Positions 38,762 to 48,609 of a stretch of DNA of 64,000 nucleotides are shown piece by piece. How positions within the stretch are numbered: position 1 is the first letter of the stretch; the number at the start of each line of letters is the position of its first letter. The notes beneath the pieces were generated by a model. That model was not told where the DNA came from. It was given only the letters and a program-made list of their open reading frames with translations, and made no database searches. The DNA is from Elusimicrobiota bacterium. GTDB lineage: Bacteria; CG03; SLGR01; JAGXOG01. A program made the position numbers and the translations under genes. The stretch covers positions 25,899-89,898 of the forward strand of contig JBNJDT010000001.1 of NCBI GenBank assembly GCA_051745145.1, written 5' to 3'.

Positions 38762-41700
38762 ATGATTTCCAAACTTAATTTTTTCCGGCACTTAACAGAT
38801 TTTCCAATCCGAATTCTTACTTGTAAGAAATTATCGCTAATTTTCTTGCTTTTAGCTGGCATTGTCGCCACCCCTGCACACGCTCAAGAACCTAAGCTGG
38901 TAGGGGCCCAGACCTATTCTGCGGCCGGCGTGCTAAACAGCGTCGCTACCGATTCCAATGATTACATATATTCTGCGGGAAAAAAGATTCCCGGGGACTA
39001 TGAGGCCACCACTGACTGGGTATATCTTAAAACCAGTTACCAAAAAGGCTGGTACTGGTGGTGGTATGACCGGTGGATAAATCACTTTACTCTGGTAAAA
39101 GATTTTTCCGGTGGTTTAAACGACGAGGCAACCTCTATAACTTTAGGGGATACCTATGCATACATGACCGGATTTGTCGAAGAATTACATACCTGGACTT
39201 ATGAATATGAAGATTTAGATGGAAACCAGCAGCAAGAAGAGGTCAGTATGCCCCTTCCCCAGGCTTACCTGTGGCAATACACCACAGGAGGCAGTCAAAA
39301 CAGGATGATTTCTCTACCAGGATACACCCAGTCCGAATTTATGGGCAGCAGTGTGGACAGCAGCAACAATATTTATACCGGGTATTACGCCGGCGAAATA
39401 ACAGATGACGACCCTGAAAACTTACAGTTTGAATACGAGATAGGTTTAATAAGTTTTTCATCCGGCGGTTCAGAAATTGACCGCCATCAATACGAGACCG
39501 GCACCGGCAGTTCAAACGATATGGAAAGTATCGACATTAATGAAACTTTTGTGCGGGGAAATTATGTCTATGTAGTCGGGGAACAGTCGGGCGATATGAC
39601 AAGAAAAGCTTTTGTCGCCAAACACGATATAAACACCCTAGATGAAGTCTGGTTTAAAACCGTTGGCGACTTTGATCTGGATGCCCAGGATAGTTCGGGG
39701 ATGGATGTAGCTGTAGATTCTAACGATAATGTATTTTTTACGGTTTCCTACTCCGATTATGCCCGGCTTATTAAACTTAATTCCGACGGTTCTTTAAACA
39801 GCCATAAAAAGGAGCAGGCATCAGGCACTACCCGCATGGGAGGATTAGCTTTAAAAGATGCCGATAATGAGATATATGTTTCCGGTGAATACGACGGTAA
39901 GGCAGCATTTTTTAAATACGATACCGACCTTAACCAACAATATATTTATGATGTATCCCAGGATGAGCCCAATGCTTACCCGACTGATGTCTCTATAAGC
40001 GCAAATAATGATATAGTTCTGGTCGGTACAGACGAAGTCGGGGACGAATCCCGGCTATGGGTAGCAAAATACAGGGAATTTGAATCTACCCAATTAATGC
40101 AACTGGAAGTTGACCCCGGATATTTAGAACCCTCATTCCAGGTGGAACAATCCACCTATGATGTTACGGTAAGCTCTGATGTAAATACAATTGATGTAAC
40201 CGCCACCCTGGCCGATGAAAGTTCTTCCTTAACTGTTGACGGTAAAAGTGCTGAAAGCGGAGAACCTGAAACAGTTGATCTTAACAATTCCACGGGTACT
40301 ACAACTGAAATAGATGTAGTAATTACAGATAATGACAGTAATACAGAGACTTACACTCTTTATGTATACCGATCCGGAGAAATACTTAATGACAGCGCCA
40401 AACTGGGTAATTTAACCGTAGATCACGGATTATTAAATCCGGGGTTTGCATCCGGTACTACCGAATACGATGTCGATGTAGCCTGGGATGTCGCAAGCAT
40501 AGGCGTAACTCCCACCCTTTCCGGGGATAATCCAAACGCCGTAATAGAAGTTAACCATAAACGGATAAACGACAATACTACTGAAGAAATCCCCCTTAAT
40601 GAGGGCGGTACGACCACGGATATAGAAGTTTTAGTTATTTCAGAGGACGGCAGTGCCCAGACAACATATACTATTACTGTCAACAGAGATGCGCCGTCGC
40701 AGGATGCGGATCTAAATGATCTGGACCTAAATCCCGGAAATTTAGAGCCGGGCTTTGATTCCCAGGATACAGACTACAACGTAAAGGTAAGTTCTGATGT
40801 TACAGCTACAGATGTAACTGCTACCCTATCCGATTCAGACGCTTCACTAACAATTGATGATAATCAGGCTACCTCCGGGAACCCGGAAACTATAACCTTA
40901 GGTGGGCCGGGATCAGAGACGAAAATAGATGTCATGGTTACCGCCGCCGACAATGAAACTACAAAAACTTATACCGTATATGTAAAAAGATCAGAACAGA
41001 TGCTTAATGACAATGCCAACTTAGATTATCTTATGATTACCCCCGGGGAGTTAGAACCGGGGTTTGATTCATCTACTCTTGACTATACTGTAGATGTCGC
41101 CCATGATGTTGAAGAAGTTGATTTAACGGCTTACCCTGAAGATATCCAGAACGCTTTTGTTTCAATTGACGGTACGCGCGCTGAAAACGGTACAAAAACT
41201 ATTAATCTTAATTCAGCAGGCTCTTCTACTGTAATAGATATTACCGTAAGCGCAGAAGACGGTGAAACCGAAAAATCTTATACCGTGACTGTAAATAGAG
41301 CTGCAGCTCCGCCATCTGATAACGCAAATTTATCCGGTTTAACGATATCCCCGGGTACACTTGACCCCGTATTTGACAGTTACATCACCGACTATGACGT
41401 TGAAGTGGCTTCTGATATCGGCAATGTCGATGTTTCTGCCACGGCGGACGATACAAATGCAACTCTAACCATTGACGGAGATAGCGTTAGCAGTAAAAAC
41501 ATAACTCTTAATCCTGCCGGGGAAACAAAAAATATAGATATTGTAGTTACCGCAGAAAATGGTTCCACTAAAGAATATTCCATACTGGTAAAAAGACTGG
41601 CTCCACCCTCCGGTGATGCCGACCTCGATGATCTGGACTTGGACCCTGGCAACTTAAAGCCGGCATTTTCTGCTGGTGAGACCAGCTACAACGTAAAGGT

Positions 41701-44062
41701 CAGTTCCGACGTTGAAAATACCGATGTAACAGCTTTTCTATCGGACAAAAACGCCGGGCTTAAAATTAACGGGGATCCTGTTTCAGGCGGCGAATCTGAG
41801 AGAGTTTATCTCAGTGGAGATGGCTCCACCACCACCATAACAATTAATGTTACTGCCGAAGACGGTACTACTACAAAAACTTATACTGTAGATGTATACC
41901 GACTGCACCGGTACGATGACCCTCTCAATGATGATACCGACCTGGAAGATATGTCAGTTAACCCCGGAGAATTAGAACCGGAATTCACTTCTTATACCAC
42001 AAACTACGAAGCCGAGGTGGCCCACGATGTTACCGAAGTAATTTTAACTTCTACCCGCTCCGATACAAACGCAATAGCCGAAATCAACGGCAGCCGGATA
42101 GATAGCGGCGAGCATAAAACAATTGCTCTTAATGACGAGACTACTACCACCGAAATAGATATTAAAGTTACAGCTGAGGACGGTGATACCCAAAAGACTT
42201 ATACCGTTACTGTCGAAAGAAATCCGTCTACTGATGCACGTCTAAATAATTTATCTATCGATCCGGGCAGTCTTTCACCGAGTTTCAGTACCGGAACTTT
42301 TAGCTACACCTCTAACGTGGGACCGGCAACAGGAACAGTAAACATAACCGCCGGACTATCCGATACTAATGCCTCTTTAAAAATTAATGGCTTTGCCGCT
42401 ACTAATAATCAGGCTGAAACTGTTTCTTTAAATCCAAAAGATTCAACAACTACTATAGATATTGTAGTTACAGCTGAAGACGAATCTACGACAAAAACTT
42501 ATACTGTTAAAATATACCGGGATCCTTCCGATAATACAGACCTTACCGAACTGGATCTGCATCCCGGAAATTTAGATTCTCCCTTTGATAATTCTACTAC
42601 TTTGTATACCGCAAAAGTAAGTTCTAATGTAGAGGAGACTGAAATAACCGCTACCCTTTCCGATGAAAACGCTGGTTTAAAAATTGACAACGCAACAGCT
42701 TCAAGCGGCGAAGCTGAAACTATCGAACTGGGAGTAAAAGGAACGACAACAACAGTATATACCACTATTACCGCTCAAGACGGGGTTTCCCAGGCTACTT
42801 ACACAGTAAAAGTTTACAGGTCAGAAAAAATACTTAACGACAACGCCTCACTTACAAATATGTATGTCGTACCCGGATATTTAGAGCCTAATTTTTCAGC
42901 CGGTATTACAGATTATGATGTAAATTTAGATTACGACGATGACGCTATCAGTATCACCCCTGTTCTATCAGATAAAAAAGCTATAGTAAATATAAATGAT
43001 AGTAGAGTTGAAAGCGGTAGCCAGAAGACGGTCAACTTAAACAACCCCGGATCGGAGACTGTAATAGATATTGTAGTTACAGCCGAAGACGGTTTTACAA
43101 AACGCAGCTACAAAATTACAGTAACAAGAGCGTCCGGACCCGGCTACCGGGCCCTCTTATCAGCCCTAAATTTAAATCCGGGAAATTTAGACAAACAATT
43201 TAATAAAAATATTACCGGTTATAAAACTAAGGTAAGCTCCAATGTCACAGCTATTGATATTACCGCTACTCTTTTAGATGAAAATGCTTCTATGTCTATT
43301 ATCGGGGATGAAACTGACAGCGGAACACCAAAAACCGTATCAATCGGCCGGAAAGGTTCAACGACAACTGTCGAAATACTGGTTACATCCGCCGACGGCG
43401 AAAACGAAAAGATTTACACTGTCAGTATAGTCCGGTCCACTGTAATGCTTAATGACAATGCCTTTTTAATAAACCTACTGATTACCCCCGGGGAATTAGA
43501 ACCGCTTTTTTCTAAAAATGCCACTAAGTATGAAGTTGAAGTAGAATACAACGTCGGCCAGATTCAAATTATCCCCTTTATTGCCGATAAAAAAGGAATT
43601 ATAGAAATTAATAATAACAGAACCGCAGACGGTAAACCGGAAACTATTGCTCTGGGGTCCCCGGGTACAGAAACTAAAATAACGGCCACGGCAACTGCCG
43701 AAAATGGCGCCAGCTCAAAAGAGTATCAAATCACTGTACTTAAAGGTATCTTATCGGAAGTGGAAGACCCCTACGATGAGGTGTACGTGGTGGGAGGTAA
43801 AGAAGGATTTATTAATCTGAATACCGGTGAAAAACCTAAAATTTATTTTACCGCCCAAGAAAGCGGAGAAGTAAGATATACTATCTACACCCTTAATGCA
43901 GATCTGGTTTATGAAGATGTAATGTATACCGGCAAAGGGGAAAATTATATTGAATGGGATGTAACTAATTTCAGGAATAATACCGTAGAACCGGGAATTT
44001 ATATTATACGGCTGGAAGGCCCCGGTTTTGAAGAACAGAGGAAAATACCTATTCTCAAATGA
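38762..44062 (+). CDS. Giant secreted cell-surface adhesin: signal peptide, SBBP-type beta-propeller, 13 tandem cadherin-like beta-sandwich repeats, T9SS-type (Por/FlgD-Ig-like) C-terminal sorting domain
   Basis: 1766 aa. N-terminal signal peptide (LLLAGIVATPAHA). SBBP-like propeller blades (e.g. SSGMDVAVDSNDNVFFTVSYSD). About 13 repeats of 95-100 aa of the form 'DLxxLxxxPGxLxPxFxxxxxxYxxxVxxxVxxxxxTAxxxDxxAxxxIxG...TYTVxVxR'. C-terminal about 80 aa (RYTIYTLNADLVYEDVMYTGKGENYIEWDVTNFRNNTVEPGIYIIRLEGPGFEEQRKIPILK) matches the secretion-system C-terminal sorting domain pattern. Confidence 0.75.
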   Translation: MISKLNFFRHLTDFPIRILTCKKLSLIFLLLAGIVATPAHAQEPKLVGAQTYSAAGVLNSVATDSNDYIYSAGKKIPGDYEATTDWVYLKTSYQKGWYWWWYDRWINHFTLVKDFSGGLNDEATSITLGDTYAYMTGFVEELHTWTYEYEDLDGNQQQEEVSMPLPQAYLWQYTTGGSQNRMISLPGYTQSEFMGSSVDSSNNIYTGYYAGEITDDDPENLQFEYEIGLISFSSGGSEIDRHQYETGTGSSNDMESIDINETFVRGNYVYVVGEQSGDMTRKAFVAKHDINTLDEVWFKTVGDFDLDAQDSSGMDVAVDSNDNVFFTVSYSDYARLIKLNSDGSLNSHKKEQASGTTRMGGLALKDADNEIYVSGEYDGKAAFFKYDTDLNQQYIYDVSQDEPNAYPTDVSISANNDIVLVGTDEVGDESRLWVAKYREFESTQLMQLEVDPGYLEPSFQVEQSTYDVTVSSDVNTIDVTATLADESSSLTVDGKSAESGEPETVDLNNSTGTTTEIDVVITDNDSNTETYTLYVYRSGEILNDSAKLGNLTVDHGLLNPGFASGTTEYDVDVAWDVASIGVTPTLSGDNPNAVIEVNHKRINDNTTEEIPLNEGGTTTDIEVLVISEDGSAQTTYTITVNRDAPSQDADLNDLDLNPGNLEPGFDSQDTDYNVKVSSDVTATDVTATLSDSDASLTIDDNQATSGNPETITLGGPGSETKIDVMVTAADNETTKTYTVYVKRSEQMLNDNANLDYLMITPGELEPGFDSSTLDYTVDVAHDVEEVDLTAYPEDIQNAFVSIDGTRAENGTKTINLNSAGSSTVIDITVSAEDGETEKSYTVTVNRAAAPPSDNANLSGLTISPGTLDPVFDSYITDYDVEVASDIGNVDVSATADDTNATLTIDGDSVSSKNITLNPAGETKNIDIVVTAENGSTKEYSILVKRLAPPSGDADLDDLDLDPGNLKPAFSAGETSYNVKVSSDVENTDVTAFLSDKNAGLKINGDPVSGGESERVYLSGDGSTTTITINVTAEDGTTTKTYTVDVYRLHRYDDPLNDDTDLEDMSVNPGELEPEFTSYTTNYEAEVAHDVTEVILTSTRSDTNAIAEINGSRIDSGEHKTIALNDETTTTEIDIKVTAEDGDTQKTYTVTVERNPSTDARLNNLSIDPGSLSPSFSTGTFSYTSNVGPATGTVNITAGLSDTNASLKINGFAATNNQAETVSLNPKDSTTTIDIVVTAEDESTTKTYTVKIYRDPSDNTDLTELDLHPGNLDSPFDNSTTLYTAKVSSNVEETEITATLSDENAGLKIDNATASSGEAETIELGVKGTTTTVYTTITAQDGVSQATYTVKVYRSEKILNDNASLTNMYVVPGYLEPNFSAGITDYDVNLDYDDDAISITPVLSDKKAIVNINDSRVESGSQKTVNLNNPGSETVIDIVVTAEDGFTKRSYKITVTRASGPGYRALLSALNLNPGNLDKQFNKNITGYKTKVSSNVTAIDITATLLDENASMSIIGDETDSGTPKTVSIGRKGSTTTVEILVTSADGENEKIYTVSIVRSTVMLNDNAFLINLLITPGELEPLFSKNATKYEVEVEYNVGQIQIIPFIADKKGIIEINNNRTADGKPETIALGSPGTETKITATATAENGASSKEYQITVLKGILSEVEDPYDEVYVVGGKEGFINLNTGEKPKIYFTAQESGEVRYTIYTLNADLVYEDVMYTGKGENYIEWDVTNFRNNTVEPGIYIIRLEGPGFEEQRKIPILK
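40100..43740 (+). repeat. Approximately 13 tandem in-frame about 290-nt repeats encoding cadherin-like beta-sandwich domains (inside the adhesin CDS)
   Basis: A periodic protein motif (PG.LEP.F......Y.V.V......I.V.A...D..A...I.G .. T.TY.V.V.R) recurs every 95-100 aa. The nucleotide copies are diverged rather than identical. Confidence 0.7.
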
Positions 44063-45033
44063 TTTTTTTTATGAAAAAATATAAAATATTTTCGTCTCTT
44101 ATTACTCTATTAGTTTTCATCTGCGCAGATACTTACGGAGAAAGCGGAGAAGCGGCGGGCATCACCTTAACTAAACCTGTAACAGCTTCCCAGGCAGTTT
44201 TATACAATGCGGTTTCCGGGGACACCGGTTTAAAAACTTTTGGAGTTAATCCCGCGGGCTTAACAGGCCTGGAAAAAAGAGAATTATCATTTATGTACAA
44301 CCGGGGACATTTTGAAGATGATTTTGTGTCGGCAACCTACGGACAGCAGATTTATTCAGTATATATCGGAGCCAATGTAATTTATAGAACCACCGGTAAA
44401 GTAGGTATTTATACCTCCGGCGGTGAATACGTAAAAGAGATAGGGCAGGAAGACACTGTTTTTTCTTTAACCGCTTCCCTGCCGGGGATACCCGGGTATA
44501 ACATGCCGGTGGGTATTAATTTAACTATGTTAGAATCCAGTATTTTTGGATATTCTGCTACATCTTATCTTATAGATGCCGGTACCCAGAAAACAATAAA
44601 TTTTAAAAATAGCAATTTGCGGTTAGGGGCTAGCCTGAGAAATCTCGGTACAAAACTTAAATATTTAGAAAAATATTCAGATATACCCTCTTCAATGCAG
44701 ACGGGTTTAAAATATTCTATAGCCATAGGGGAGGATAAATTATCTGCAAATTCTGATTTAAACTTCCCCCTTAATTCTAAAGATATTTATCTTATGGGGG
44801 GCTTGGATTATAAAGTGATTTTAAATACTGAAGGCACTTTTACCAGAGGTGGAGTTTTTGACAGTTTAACTTTTATGACAGGAGGAAAAATGAATATAAA
44901 TTCAGAAAATTCTAATCCCAGAATAAATTTAGGTTTGGAGATAGAAACAAAACCTTATACATTCAGCTATGTAATGAATCTGGTTCAAGACATTAATTTA
45001 GGTCACTATATATCTTTAGGATTTAAACTTTAA
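44059..45033 (+). CDS. Outer-membrane beta-barrel protein, PorP/SprF-like (candidate cognate partner of the upstream CTD cargo)
   Basis: 324 aa. Signal peptide (true start probably the MKKYKIF at 44071). The N-terminal region VNPAGLTGLEKRELSFMYNRGHF resembles the PorP/SprF INPAYAGS...LTGLYRNQW block. The protein is beta-strand-rich with alternating hydrophobics and ends in an aromatic/hydrophobic C-terminus (LGFKL). Its ATG overlaps the adhesin stop (ATGA). Confidence 0.45.
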   Translation: MIFFMKKYKIFSSLITLLVFICADTYGESGEAAGITLTKPVTASQAVLYNAVSGDTGLKTFGVNPAGLTGLEKRELSFMYNRGHFEDDFVSATYGQQIYSVYIGANVIYRTTGKVGIYTSGGEYVKEIGQEDTVFSLTASLPGIPGYNMPVGINLTMLESSIFGYSATSYLIDAGTQKTINFKNSNLRLGASLRNLGTKLKYLEKYSDIPSSMQTGLKYSIAIGEDKLSANSDLNFPLNSKDIYLMGGLDYKVILNTEGTFTRGGVFDSLTFMTGGKMNINSENSNPRINLGLEIETKPYTFSYVMNLVQDINLGHYISLGFKL

Positions 45034-45041
45034 GGTCTGCC

Positions 45042-46910
45042 ATGGCTATATTCGGAAAAGACAAGGAAAAATTCAAGGAATTGGAAGAACAGGTGGTCCG
45101 GTTAAAAAAAGAGATTTCTTCTTTAGAAAGCAAGGTCAAACAAAAAACCGGAAAAATACACCAATTACAAAGCTGGAAAAAGTTATATAAAAATTTTAAT
45201 AAGACTATCGGAATCCCTCTGGTTATCTTTTCCCCTGATTTAAAAGTAACTTTTATAAATGATAAAGCCGCAAGATTTTTTAATTCCAGGCCTTCCAGAT
45301 TAAGCGGTAAAAACTGCCATGAACTTTTCTTTCCAGATTCGGACGAAGAATATAATACCGATAAAAAATTCTTTAGTGATGTTCTACTCCACTCTAAAGA
45401 AAAATTATTTCCCTGCGGTCCAAAAAATAAAAAAGTAATATCAATTTTAGATTATAATCGTATATCAGGCACACAGGATAAAGACCACATTGACTATATA
45501 CTTTTTAAGGATTTAAGTTCTATAACCGGAATAAACGAGCTGTGGGAATACAGGGACGGTCAAAATTTAAAGGATGGTAAATTCACACTTCCGGTAGCCC
45601 CCAAAAGCATACCGGAAACCGGACTTAACAGAGAATTTTTGGCGGACCTTGTCTTAAAGATATTATATTCTTACGGAGAGCTGTCCGGAGAAAAAATAAG
45701 TAAAATTTTGTGTCTGCCTTTTAAAAACATAGTGGAAAATATACTTTCCTATTTAAATAAAGGCGATGCCTATATAACCAGTATTTCTGTTTCTAAAGAA
45801 AAAGTGGGCTCACCGGCGCTTTACCCCTATAAACTTACCCAGACCGGTTTAGCACGCACAAAAGAAATTATGGAAAGAAATAAGTATGTAGGGCCGGCCC
45901 CCGTACCTATTGAAAAATACCGCGAAATTATAAACAGTCAAAAAAGGCTGTCTCATGATGTCACTACCCAGGACATACAAGATTCACTTTCAGATTTAGT
46001 GCTCGGGCAAGATTTAATCAGAAAACTTACTATTGCGTTAACATCAAAAGAAACCGTCTTTCTTCACGGCCCACCGGGAAATGGTAAAAGTACTATTTCA
46101 AAAACCTGCAGCAATATTTACCGGGACAAAGTCCTTATCCCCCATGCTATAGAAGTTGATTCTCAAATAATAAAAGTTTTTGATCCGGTATACCATAAAA
46201 AGATATATAAAGATAACACCGGAGAGAATGAGCTGCATAAAAAAGGCTATATAAAAGAGAGTTTTTCGCTGTTTAAAAAGAAGAACCGCCAGTTTGACAG
46301 GAGATGGAATATGTGCAAAAGCCCTCTTATCGTAGCCGGCGGAGAACTTACACTGGATGATCTGGAATTAAAATACGATCCTATTTCTAAATTTTATGAG
46401 GCCCCCCTTCAGATAAAAGCAAACGGCGGAGCACTGGTAATAGATGACTTTGGCAGGCAAAAAGTAAGTCCCGAAGCCCTTCTAAACAGATGGATGGTCC
46501 CTCTTGAAGAAAAGATAGATTATGTAAGAATGCATACCGGCAAACAGGTAATTATTCCCCTGGACCAGATTCTACTGTTTTCCACAAATCTGAAACCCGA
46601 AAATCTGGGAGATGAGGCTTTTTTCAGACGTCTTAAAAATAAAATTTTTGTCAAGGATCCAACGGAAGAACAATTTCGCGAAATATTTCAGATGGCCTGC
46701 CGGGATTTTGATTTTAAAACTTCGCCTCAAATTGAAGAATATGTGATTCGAAAAATTAAAGATGCCGAGCTCAATTTAAGAGGATATATCCCCAGGGATC
46801 TGCTAAAGAATGCGGCGGCAATATCATCAATCGATGCCCCAAAAACCGAAAAGACAAAGCCCTTAAAAAAGGAAATTATTGACGAAGCATTTGAAAACTG
46901 TTTTCTATAG
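45042..46910 (+). CDS. AAA+ ATPase (helix-2-insert clade-like) with N-terminal coiled coil, PAS-like and winged-helix-like regions
   Basis: 622 aa. Walker A GPPGNGKSTI, Walker B ALVIDDFGRQ, then LLNRWMVPLEEK...IPLDQILLFSTNL (MoxR/ComM/McrB-like arrangement). The N-terminal 300 aa have a coiled coil and a PAS-like block (GIPLVIFSPDLKVTFINDKAARFF). It is 9 nt downstream of the PorP-like gene. Confidence 0.55.
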   Translation: MAIFGKDKEKFKELEEQVVRLKKEISSLESKVKQKTGKIHQLQSWKKLYKNFNKTIGIPLVIFSPDLKVTFINDKAARFFNSRPSRLSGKNCHELFFPDSDEEYNTDKKFFSDVLLHSKEKLFPCGPKNKKVISILDYNRISGTQDKDHIDYILFKDLSSITGINELWEYRDGQNLKDGKFTLPVAPKSIPETGLNREFLADLVLKILYSYGELSGEKISKILCLPFKNIVENILSYLNKGDAYITSISVSKEKVGSPALYPYKLTQTGLARTKEIMERNKYVGPAPVPIEKYREIINSQKRLSHDVTTQDIQDSLSDLVLGQDLIRKLTIALTSKETVFLHGPPGNGKSTISKTCSNIYRDKVLIPHAIEVDSQIIKVFDPVYHKKIYKDNTGENELHKKGYIKESFSLFKKKNRQFDRRWNMCKSPLIVAGGELTLDDLELKYDPISKFYEAPLQIKANGGALVIDDFGRQKVSPEALLNRWMVPLEEKIDYVRMHTGKQVIIPLDQILLFSTNLKPENLGDEAFFRRLKNKIFVKDPTEEQFREIFQMACRDFDFKTSPQIEEYVIRKIKDAELNLRGYIPRDLLKNAAAISSIDAPKTEKTKPLKKEIIDEAFENCFL

Positions 46911-47007
46911 TAAAAAATTTTGACAATTATATAACAATTTGCTAAAAAATAATTTGTTAGATTGTTTAATAGCGTAATACATACATATTTAAATTTTTAA
47001 AAAGGAG

Positions 47008-47658
47008 TTGGTCATGTTTTCTCGAAAAAAAGAAAAAAAAGTTCAAAAATTAATTAAAGAACACTTTAAAGCTGTCTCCCAGACAGTTAAGAGTATGGAA
47101 GATACAATAGAAAGCTACCTCAAAGAAGATATCGGAGAGCCCGGTGAATTTGCTTACAAAACTCATGAATTTGAAAGTAACGCCGACTCTTTAAGAAGAG
47201 AAATAATAGAGACCCTTTACAAAGGTGCTTTTTTCCCTTCCATTAGAGAAGATCTGGTAAATTTTGTGGCAAGACAGGATAATATCGCCGATGCGGCTGA
47301 ATCCTGCTGTGATTTTATCATTTCTCAACATCCGGAGGTTCCCGATAAATACACTGAAGATATTTTAAAACTAGCCCGGGCTTCTTATGAGACTCTTCCC
47401 CCCTTGGAAAAAGCAGTTACCCATTACTTTAACGACTATAAGGAAGTTAAAAAATATATTAAGGAAGTTAATACTAAAGAAGAAGATGCCGATACAATGG
47501 AATGGCATCTTACCGAAGAAATTTTTAAAAGTAAAGATATTTCCCTTGCCGAAAAAATGCATATTAACGAATTCATATTTCATATTGTGCATATATCCGA
47601 TATAATTGAAGATGCGGCCGATATGCTCGATTCGGTTATCATAAAGAAAAGTATTTAA
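47008..47658 (+). CDS. DUF47 (PhoU-like, TIGR00153) family protein
   Basis: 216 aa. Signature FESNADSLRREIIETLYKGAFFPSIREDL...NIADAAE typical of DUF47. Confidence 0.65.
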   Translation: MVMFSRKKEKKVQKLIKEHFKAVSQTVKSMEDTIESYLKEDIGEPGEFAYKTHEFESNADSLRREIIETLYKGAFFPSIREDLVNFVARQDNIADAAESCCDFIISQHPEVPDKYTEDILKLARASYETLPPLEKAVTHYFNDYKEVKKYIKEVNTKEEDADTMEWHLTEEIFKSKDISLAEKMHINEFIFHIVHISDIIEDAADMLDSVIIKKSI

Positions 47659-47697
47659 CTTTTTTATACATAAAAATATTCAAGTTTTACATTAAAG

Positions 47698-48060
47698 ATG
47701 GCTGAGCTGCTTGACAAAAATAAGAATCATATTGCTGAAGTTTCTATGGCGGATACTTTTTTAAAAAAGCTTCTGGGGCTGATGTTCAAAAAAGATATTC
47801 CCTACAATGTGGCTCACTATTTTCCGGGTACAGCTTTAATTCACATGTTTTTTATGAGATTTTCTATAGATGTCGTATATTTAAAGTCTATTAAAAAAAA
47901 ATCTGCACAGAAAAAATTTAAGATAGTGAAAATAGTTAAAGCTCTTAAACCCTGGAGGATTTCCGGCTCCCTGAAAGCTGATTCGCTTTTAGAATTAAAA
48001 GCCGGGAGTACGGCAGTAAAAAAAATAAAAAAAAATGAATTTGTCTTTATCAAAAATTAA
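47698..48060 (+). CDS. DUF192 family protein
   Basis: 120 aa. The GLMF...IDVVYL...LELKAGS pattern is consistent with DUF192 (COG1430). Confidence 0.45.
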   Translation: MAELLDKNKNHIAEVSMADTFLKKLLGLMFKKDIPYNVAHYFPGTALIHMFFMRFSIDVVYLKSIKKKSAQKKFKIVKIVKALKPWRISGSLKADSLLELKAGSTAVKKIKKNEFVFIKN

Positions 48061-48078
48061 TAAAAGTTTGAATATCCC

Positions 48079-48609
48079 ATGCTGAAAGAATATCTTACTC
48101 CCGTAAATATTACTCTTTTATTTTTAATTATTACAACTACCTTTACGGATTTAAAATATCAGAAAATTTACAACCATTTTACCTTTCCCTGCATAATATT
48201 GGGATGGGGCTTTAACTTAATGGAAAACGGATTTATTGAAGGTTTTTACAGAACTGCTTTTTTAGGATTTCTTGCCGGAGGGGCCCTTCTTTTCATTTTT
48301 TACATGGCCGGGGGGATGGGGGCCGGTGATGTGAAATTTTTAGCTGCAGTCGGCGCTCTTAAAGGCCCTCACTTTGTATTCAATGCTACACTTCACGGTG
48401 CTATATTAGGTGGTGTATTTACAGTGCTCTATCTATTATTTACCGGTCATCTTATTGAAACTATCTCCAACACTGCTACGATAATATACAGAACCTTGAC
48501 TTTAAAAAAATTAAATGTACAATCAAAAGAAATGGAGGGGGTTTATCTCCCGTACGGTTTTTTTCTAAGTTTAGGTGTAGTTTCCTGGTTTTTAATTAAT
48601 AAATTATGA
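48079..48609 (+). CDS. tadV: Type IV prepilin peptidase, short TadV/CpaA-type (A24 family)
   Basis: 176 aa polytopic membrane protein. Catalytic Asp motifs (TFTDLKYQKIYN...; GGMGAGDVKFLAAVGA). It lacks the N-terminal methyltransferase domain, as in the Flp-pilus peptidases. Confidence 0.7.
   Translation: MLKEYLTPVNITLLFLIITTTFTDLKYQKIYNHFTFPCIILGWGFNLMENGFIEGFYRTAFLGFLAGGALLFIFYMAGGMGAGDVKFLAAVGALKGPHFVFNATLHGAILGGVFTVLYLLFTGHLIETISNTATIIYRTLTLKKLNVQSKEMEGVYLPYGFFLSLGVVSWFLINKL

Noticed and set aside
40423-42765. Three 86-88-aa minus-strand ORFs (40423-40683, 41392-41652, 42499-42765)
   Set aside because: They are antisense frames inside the adhesin repeat region. Their periodic occurrence just mirrors the coding repeats. 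They have low-complexity S/T/P-rich translations and no start context.
45042-46910. Interpreting the AAA+ protein as a Tad/T4P secretion ATPase (CpaF/TadA) or TadZ
   Set aside because: Its Walker A (GPPGNGKST) and post-Walker-B architecture fit helix-2-insert AAA+ proteins. They do not fit the VirB11/PilB-type GGTGSGKTT secretion ATPases or MinD-like TadZ.
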